From Flavobacteriaceae bacterium (GTDB taxonomy: Bacteria > Bacteroidota > Bacteroidia > Flavobacteriales > Weeksellaceae), in assembly GCA_031276535.1 (NCBI GenBank), contig JAISMV010000143.1, positions 1 to 54,943 on the forward strand: a stretch of 54,943 bases of DNA, given 5' to 3'. Every line of letters starts with the position of its first letter. Position 1 is the first letter of the stretch. Both the position numbers and the translations under genes were made by a program. The notes beneath the pieces were generated by a model that was given only the letters and a program-made list of their open reading frames with translations, made no database searches and was not told the origin of the DNA. This document shows, one piece after another, positions 50,701-54,943 of the stretch.

Positions 50701-50841
50701 GGCGCACTGCTTCACAACCAGTATAGTCAGGAAAGTAAAAAAGAACATACGTTGGAAATAACCGGATTACCTCCGGGAGTATATCTGTCGAAAATATTTT
50801 CGGCTGAAGGAGAATATACCCAAAAAATAATCATACAGTAA
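47779..50841 (+). CDS. Large secreted protein with T9SS type A C-terminal domain
   Basis: Signal peptide; PGGVSGAVLW and ESYLALKYG motifs; two internal lectin-like beta-sandwich repeats; C-terminal VFDLSG..LPPGVYL..TQKIIIQ. Confidence 0.75.
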   Translation: MKKFFPLLALLLSQVQAESQITGKNPGGVSGAVLWMKTNAVTKDLNGNYRWQDYSGDSARLTYYNTNNEYQASKKTNFSRMYNFQPGLLLTSQSLSKEIEIKSGNLSTMTLIGVTGEHTLAGEHFSRADYLMTINGVKGKGFVLDKDKIIHSTESSRGVFDYGKDEGYDLMYHPGLSPEENLTGYKERTLRSFTYYRSNRPVTGIWGERRRSHLSLGEKFYSTNQHNNSSYDTGLFNPNNIFNGYLPELIIYDRILSPLERIKAESYLALKYGFMLESSYLGSEGQLLWDPYQEKVYNHRVTAIYRDDKSGLYQNRSGTSYEEAPHFSYSPEGESHDNQDNYGLSNRNKLLVIERFPCAPLHDREYLIWGDNDQSIKTVFREDYLGMKIMERNWLVKTNMGGKFPVFGQMQWEVSSNLTAEKEGYKLNIKKSATTETLPGILSSAVPLPGYEGHISFTLSNPLGLIIVKFGTKSVPEQNGSNDYGIFINEKGEVYPIVRGYPQWNNRWNVIVKSGDRIRINKTKDAIIVSSNGWALPQTGQSLPQIFIDPQDIEKDFYVNLGIYQWNQDTAVKDFRTGGFIDTGNRIELSYIDTRATDFTNYASNGQAYMLVDRSGTGEFKKEDTEMYVSDEYDAARKKIVFNNVFFDTDANDRDVFTFGYRETNLIANIEKTSPGCNNGDPQQDGSITVQIVKGDPGFEYQLINNATSQVEKEGVFFTKELKIENLSSGEYTFKLKEIGGFHIASDDTSNEHKSISHQSIDWDRGGLFETTIKSTNQNFQMGLVPQSNPSDAANILQYGFEIKQGQIYIITNQEKSTVPQSGVYIKEGDKVQIYKNYNEKSVPYRVDYKINGVIFYTQQNLTGYRFFMLKNLMPQDTIYNIRNTDGSNWFGPKNWNYHNSHSEPQAQNLSETGISHTLSLLSECNKSTPEIQSFAEQNNVIYYYQDYNDKSKITAKVTLKSSSPVSLAVFDLSGALLHNQYSQESKKEHTLEITGLPPGVYLSKIFSAEGEYTQKIIIQ

Positions 50842-50870
50842 ACCATTCCGTTAACAAAAATAAAGGTAAA

Positions 50871-53800
50871 ATGAAACTCAGCACCCTACAAATCCGATAC
50901 ATATCCATCTTGTTACTAATAGTGATGCTAATTCAGAGCTTTACGCCCTATGTTCCCGTGTTGGATCGGGAAGAACAAAACGGAGAAAAAAGAGAGAAAA
51001 GAGAAAGTATACTCTCAGAAATATCACCGGACAAAAATCGGAAAACACACCTCCGAAAAGTTTCCGGTAAAGAAGTTTCCCTTGCGGAAACTCAGGATAT
51101 CTCCTCTGAAGAAACAGTACAGACCGTTATTTACCGTTCTCCCCAACAAGAAGGCATAATAGGACTGACAGCAGGAAAGAATTTTGATAATCCCGAAGAC
51201 AACCACTTCACCATAGAATTGAACAAAGTTCCGACAAAAGGACAAAAAATATACCTGAGCTACGAACTGTACGGAGTATCCGACAAGAGTGGAATTTCCC
51301 GTTCGATCAACGACCGGCTCTCCCGGGGAGGCTATCAGGTGACAACCAATCACAGTTGGAGCCGTCAAAAAGAAGAGCTGGATGCCGACTGGCTGACAGC
51401 AGGAAAGAACCACATCCGGTTCAGTATACCTTCCGGCGCCGATTGGGGTTACATTATCAAGAACCTTACCTTGGAAATAGAATCCCCCGAAGCCGAAAGA
51501 TCAGAAGATGAAACAAAAGAAACCGTAGTGGTTACCTCCTGCATTCAAAGCGGAGAAGAAACCTACGTACGAGGATTCATTAAAAACCCTTCCCCCGGAA
51601 ATACCGGAAAAAGCCTGACTCTCAACGGAAAGCCGGTATCCCTGTATGAAGGAGAATTTGAAGTTGTTTTATCCGAAAAAGTATCCGAAATACAACTTAA
51701 CCTTAACGGAGAACCTCTGCAGCAGACGATCATAAGTACCCCGGTTTCCGATAGACCGGACTATCGTTATCCATTGAACTTGCAAATCACTCAAACCCGT
51801 AAAACTTTCAGACAGAATACCGCGGACAATAAGCTGGAACTCTCAGGAGCCGTTTTGGAAGTCTTAGGCAGCCGGCTGCTTTCAGACAAGGAGCTTTCCC
51901 TTCAAACTCTTCGTTCTCAGGATCTACCTGCTCTGGAGATGAGTATGGAAAACGTAACCGCACAAGCGGAAGGCTACCGTTTTTTACCCCATGGCGAACA
52001 CTTTAAAGAAGAAGGCGCTGTAGTGAAACTGACATACGACCGCACTAAAATTCCCAATGGCTATAACGAGCAGGACATCCGTACCTTTTACTTTGACCCG
52101 GACACCCGGCATTGGGTAGCACTGGAAAGAGACAGCTTAGACATACAAAATCAGGAGGTAATATCCAGAACCACTCATTTTACCGATATGATCAATGGGA
52201 TTCTCAAAACTCCCGAATCTCCCGAGACCGCAGGCTTCACGCCTACGCAGATGAGCGACATCAAAGCCGCTGACCCTACCGCGAAAGTACAGCTGATATC
52301 TCCTCCCGGAGTGAACAACCGGGGCAGCGCGAATCTGAGCTACAGCTTTGAGCTTCCTCCTGCCCGAAACGGAATGAGCCCTTCTTTGGGAATACAATAC
52401 AGCAGCGACGGAGGTTCCGGTCTGCTTGGTGAAGGCTGGGATCTGAATATTCCGGGCATTACCGTAGATACCCGCTGGGGAGTACCTCGCTACGACCTTT
52501 CGAAAGAGACGGAAGTCTACCTTTTGGACGGAACCCAGCTGATGACCCGGGATTCTCAGGGGAACAATTATTTAGCTCACCGAAAAGAAAAAATATCCCG
52601 GGAAGCCAACCGTTTATTCTTTTCCCGCAAAGAAGGAAGTTTTTCCAAGATCCAACGAAAAGGAAATTCCCCGGGGAATTACGTATGGGAGGTTACCGAC
52701 CGCAAAGGAGTGAAATATACCTACGGAGGCAATAACGGAAGTATGAAAGGCATTTATATAGATGTCAAGCAGCAGGCACGTGAGGTGATCTCTCAATGGA
52801 GGCTTTCGCGGGTGGAAGAGCTCCACGGGGATTGGATAGAGTACATATACGAACGGGTGGATGAGCCGGTCAGAGGAGGTCTGACCTCGAAGGCGTTGTA
52901 TCTGAAAGAGATACATGCGGGAAACAAAGGCGAATCGGCGCATACCGTGATAAAATTACTAAGGGAAGCTACCAAGCAAAAACAGACCAGCAATGCCGGT
53001 TACGGGTATCTTAGCTCAAGCAACCGTCTTCTGACCAAAATAGAAATAGAGTTCGAATCAGAGAAGCTGCGGGAATACGAATTTCAGTATAAGCCCGGAG
53101 CTTTCCATACCGACCTGTTGGATAAGATCGTACAAAAGGACGGCAAGGGAGAGGAATTCAACAGCCACCGGTTTGAATATTACGACGATGTGCGCTCCGG
53201 AGAATATTTCAAAGGAGGAGAAACCTGGAACACGCGCAATGACGGCGTTTCTGGAGGGCTTGTCAATCCCGTATCAAAGCTTCAATTTAATGATTTTTCC
53301 GATCAGACCACCGCTTTGGGCGGGAATAAAAGCACGAGTGTCTCCGGCTCCATGTATGTAGGAGTGGGTTCCCTCGGCAGCACATTCTTAAAGTCATTAA
53401 CCGCGGGAGCCAGCTTTAACTATTCCTATAGCGAAGGGCAGGGACTGTCGACCTTGGCGGATATAAACGGGGACGGGATTCCGGATAAAATATTTAAAAG
53501 CAATGGAAGCTTATATTATCGGGGAGGAAGCCGAAGCGGAAACTTTGGTCCTTCCATAAAGATAGAGAACCTGAATGAGTTTTCCACCACCTATTCCAAT
53601 TCCACCTCCTATGGGGGCAAATTTTTTTTCGGAGTCCAGACAGGAACTGACCAGCAAACGACCAAGACCCAAATATCCCGGTATTTTTCAGATGTGAATG
53701 CGGACGGATTGATGGATATGGTGGTAGGCGGCAGCACGGTATACTTTAACCATATCGAAAAAGATCCTCAGGGCAACTTGGTTCCGACCTTTACAACGAG

Positions 53801-54943
53801 CAGCGGTGACACTCCCAGCCCGATAAACGGCGGGGGGATCATAGACGATTCCGATACGGCGGTGGATCCTGAGGAACAGGCGGAACTGATAGAGGATCAT
53901 CCACTGCAGGATGTGGTGCGTATATGGACAGCCCCTTGTGACGGGAAGGTAAACATCACGGGCAGTGCAACGCTGCAGCAACCCCAGTCAGGCGCTAAGC
54001 CTGCGAATGACGGGGTAAGGCTGACGATCCAGCACAACACTACGAAAAACGTCTTTACACAACCGATCCTATATCCGACTATACTTAAAAGCCGGGAGAT
54101 AGGAGCCACGGATCACAGTGCGAAAGATATGAGCCATAACGGACTGGAGGTTAAAGCCGGAGACCGTTTGTATTTCCGGGTACAATCCGGAACCGAAGAG
54201 GACTCCAACGGAGAAAACGATCGGGTAAACTGGTCTCCTCAGGTAAGCTATACTACGGCGATACCTCAGGATCCCAACGGTTATTCCCAAAATTATTCCT
54301 CTAGTTCTGCAATAGTCAGCGATGAAGGGATACTATTGGTTCCCGTAAAAGACAGCTACACGATAAAAGGGAAGTTTATCAAACCGGTAACCACGGACAG
54401 CCTGACGCTGAAGATCCTTTTAGGCACAGAGGTAGTTTATGAACAGACCTATACCGACCAGCAGACCTATAACGGAGAGCTTACCCTACCTTTGACTAAC
54501 GACAAACAGGCGGATCAGATACAGTTTATCCTTGAATCTTCCAGCGCCATAGCCTGGGATAAGATCCATTGGAATCCCAAGGTATCTTATACGGACATTA
54601 TAGAAAACACCCTTGTAGAGACCGAATCGCCCGGTTCCGTAAAATACAAGGGAGTTTATCCCCGGGTGTTCCGATATGGCGAACCCCAGACCGTTAAAAA
54701 TGCAGGAACCGCCAAGCTTATCACCGGAATTGATTTTAATTCGGGCACAACCCAAAAGCAAAAAGAAGCGGTGGAAGGCAGCTATACCCTGACGGTAAAA
54801 AAACAGACCGGAATTATCTACAAGGGACTGGTAGAAATAAAAAAAGGAAAGATCACCCAGGGAGATTCTATACAAATACCTCTTCCTGCCGGAAAGTTAT
54901 GGGTGGAGCTTTTCTCGGATGATCCGAATATAAAATTAGATTC
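50871..54943 (+). CDS. Large SpvB/TcdB-N-domain, FG-GAP repeat (Rhs/YD-type) protein, 3' truncated by the window
   Basis: ATG 50871 gives MKLSTLQIRYISILLLIVMLIQSF. The same frame has GSANLSYSFELPPARNGMSPSLGIQYSSDGGSGLLGEGWDL, DTRWGVPRY, DINGDGIPD and DVNADGLMD, spot-checked in frame to the end. It is absent from the ORF track, consistent with no stop codon (>1350 aa). Confidence 0.85.
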   Translation, partial: MKLSTLQIRYISILLLIVMLIQSFTPYVPVLDREEQNGEKREKRESILSEISPDKNRKTHLRKVSGKEVSLAETQDISSEETVQTVIYRSPQQEGIIGLTAGKNFDNPEDNHFTIELNKVPTKGQKIYLSYELYGVSDKSGISRSINDRLSRGGYQVTTNHSWSRQKEELDADWLTAGKNHIRFSIPSGADWGYIIKNLTLEIESPEAERSEDETKETVVVTSCIQSGEETYVRGFIKNPSPGNTGKSLTLNGKPVSLYEGEFEVVLSEKVSEIQLNLNGEPLQQTIISTPVSDRPDYRYPLNLQITQTRKTFRQNTADNKLELSGAVLEVLGSRLLSDKELSLQTLRSQDLPALEMSMENVTAQAEGYRFLPHGEHFKEEGAVVKLTYDRTKIPNGYNEQDIRTFYFDPDTRHWVALERDSLDIQNQEVISRTTHFTDMINGILKTPESPETAGFTPTQMSDIKAADPTAKVQLISPPGVNNRGSANLSYSFELPPARNGMSPSLGIQYSSDGGSGLLGEGWDLNIPGITVDTRWGVPRYDLSKETEVYLLDGTQLMTRDSQGNNYLAHRKEKISREANRLFFSRKEGSFSKIQRKGNSPGNYVWEVTDRKGVKYTYGGNNGSMKGIYIDVKQQAREVISQWRLSRVEELHGDWIEYIYERVDEPVRGGLTSKALYLKEIHAGNKGESAHTVIKLLREATKQKQTSNAGYGYLSSSNRLLTKIEIEFESEKLREYEFQYKPGAFHTDLLDKIVQKDGKGEEFNSHRFEYYDDVRSGEYFKGGETWNTRNDGVSGGLVNPVSKLQFNDFSDQTTALGGNKSTSVSGSMYVGVGSLGSTFLKSLTAGASFNYSYSEGQGLSTLADINGDGIPDKIFKSNGSLYYRGGSRSGNFGPSIKIENLNEFSTTYSNSTSYGGKFFFGVQTGTDQQTTKTQISRYFSDVNADGLMDMVVGGSTVYFNHIEKDPQGNLVPTFTTSSGDTPSPINGGGIIDDSDTAVDPEEQAELIEDHPLQDVVRIWTAPCDGKVNITGSATLQQPQSGAKPANDGVRLTIQHNTTKNVFTQPILYPTILKSREIGATDHSAKDMSHNGLEVKAGDRLYFRVQSGTEEDSNGENDRVNWSPQVSYTTAIPQDPNGYSQNYSSSSAIVSDEGILLVPVKDSYTIKGKFIKPVTTDSLTLKILLGTEVVYEQTYTDQQTYNGELTLPLTNDKQADQIQFILESSSAIAWDKIHWNPKVSYTDIIENTLVETESPGSVKYKGVYPRVFRYGEPQTVKNAGTAKLITGIDFNSGTTQKQKEAVEGSYTLTVKKQTGIIYKGLVEIKKGKITQGDSIQIPLPAGKLWVELFSDDPNIKLD

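Noticed and set aside
51165-51409. 17-bp repeat CTGACAGCAGGAAAGAA occurring twice
   Set aside because: Both copies are in frame within coding sequence (LTAGKN); not an att site or array.
50950-54875. Many short ORFs listed in the track
   Set aside because: They are alternative-frame or antisense shadows of the single long ORF starting at 50871.
1-54943. CRISPR array, integrase/transposase, att-site duplication of tRNA-Leu or tRNA-Cys 3' ends, rRNA
   Set aside because: None seen by eye; short degenerate att sites could have been missed.

Overview
Low-GC Bacteroidota chromosomal window. Gene content and TAnnTTTG promoters suggest Flavobacteriales, probably Weeksellaceae/Apibacter-like; this is an inference. 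Most of it is housekeeping: nuoE-M, pyrH, frr, tyrA, purKE, gpsA, a FabH-like gene, thiolase, folB, metF, cdd, bioB, cbpAM, tRNA-Leu and tRNA-Cys. The main accessory element is a compact, compositionally foreign island (about 327-7740) between a divergent gene start and the 3' end of tRNA-Leu. It is a tightly coupled five-gene operon: the DNA phosphorothioation genes dndC, dndD and dndE-ATPase (DndEi-like), then a MORC/GHKL ATPase and a SAM-methyltransferase-like protein, then a 24-codon remnant of an AlbA_2/Schlafen-like gene. The island has no dndA, dndB, dndFGH or integrase. This PT + MORC + MTase arrangement is the best candidate for an undescribed system. Other accessory items are a TssD (Hcp-like) gene with a C-terminal extension plus a putative immunity gene and a decayed tandem copy, a T9SS-cargo protein followed by a large SpvB/Rhs-type ORF that runs off the window and is absent from the ORF track, a Gammaproteobacteria-like bioB, and 11-bp-periodic response-regulator-like boxes upstream of two outer-membrane transport genes. 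All calls come from motif recognition by eye; no searches were run.
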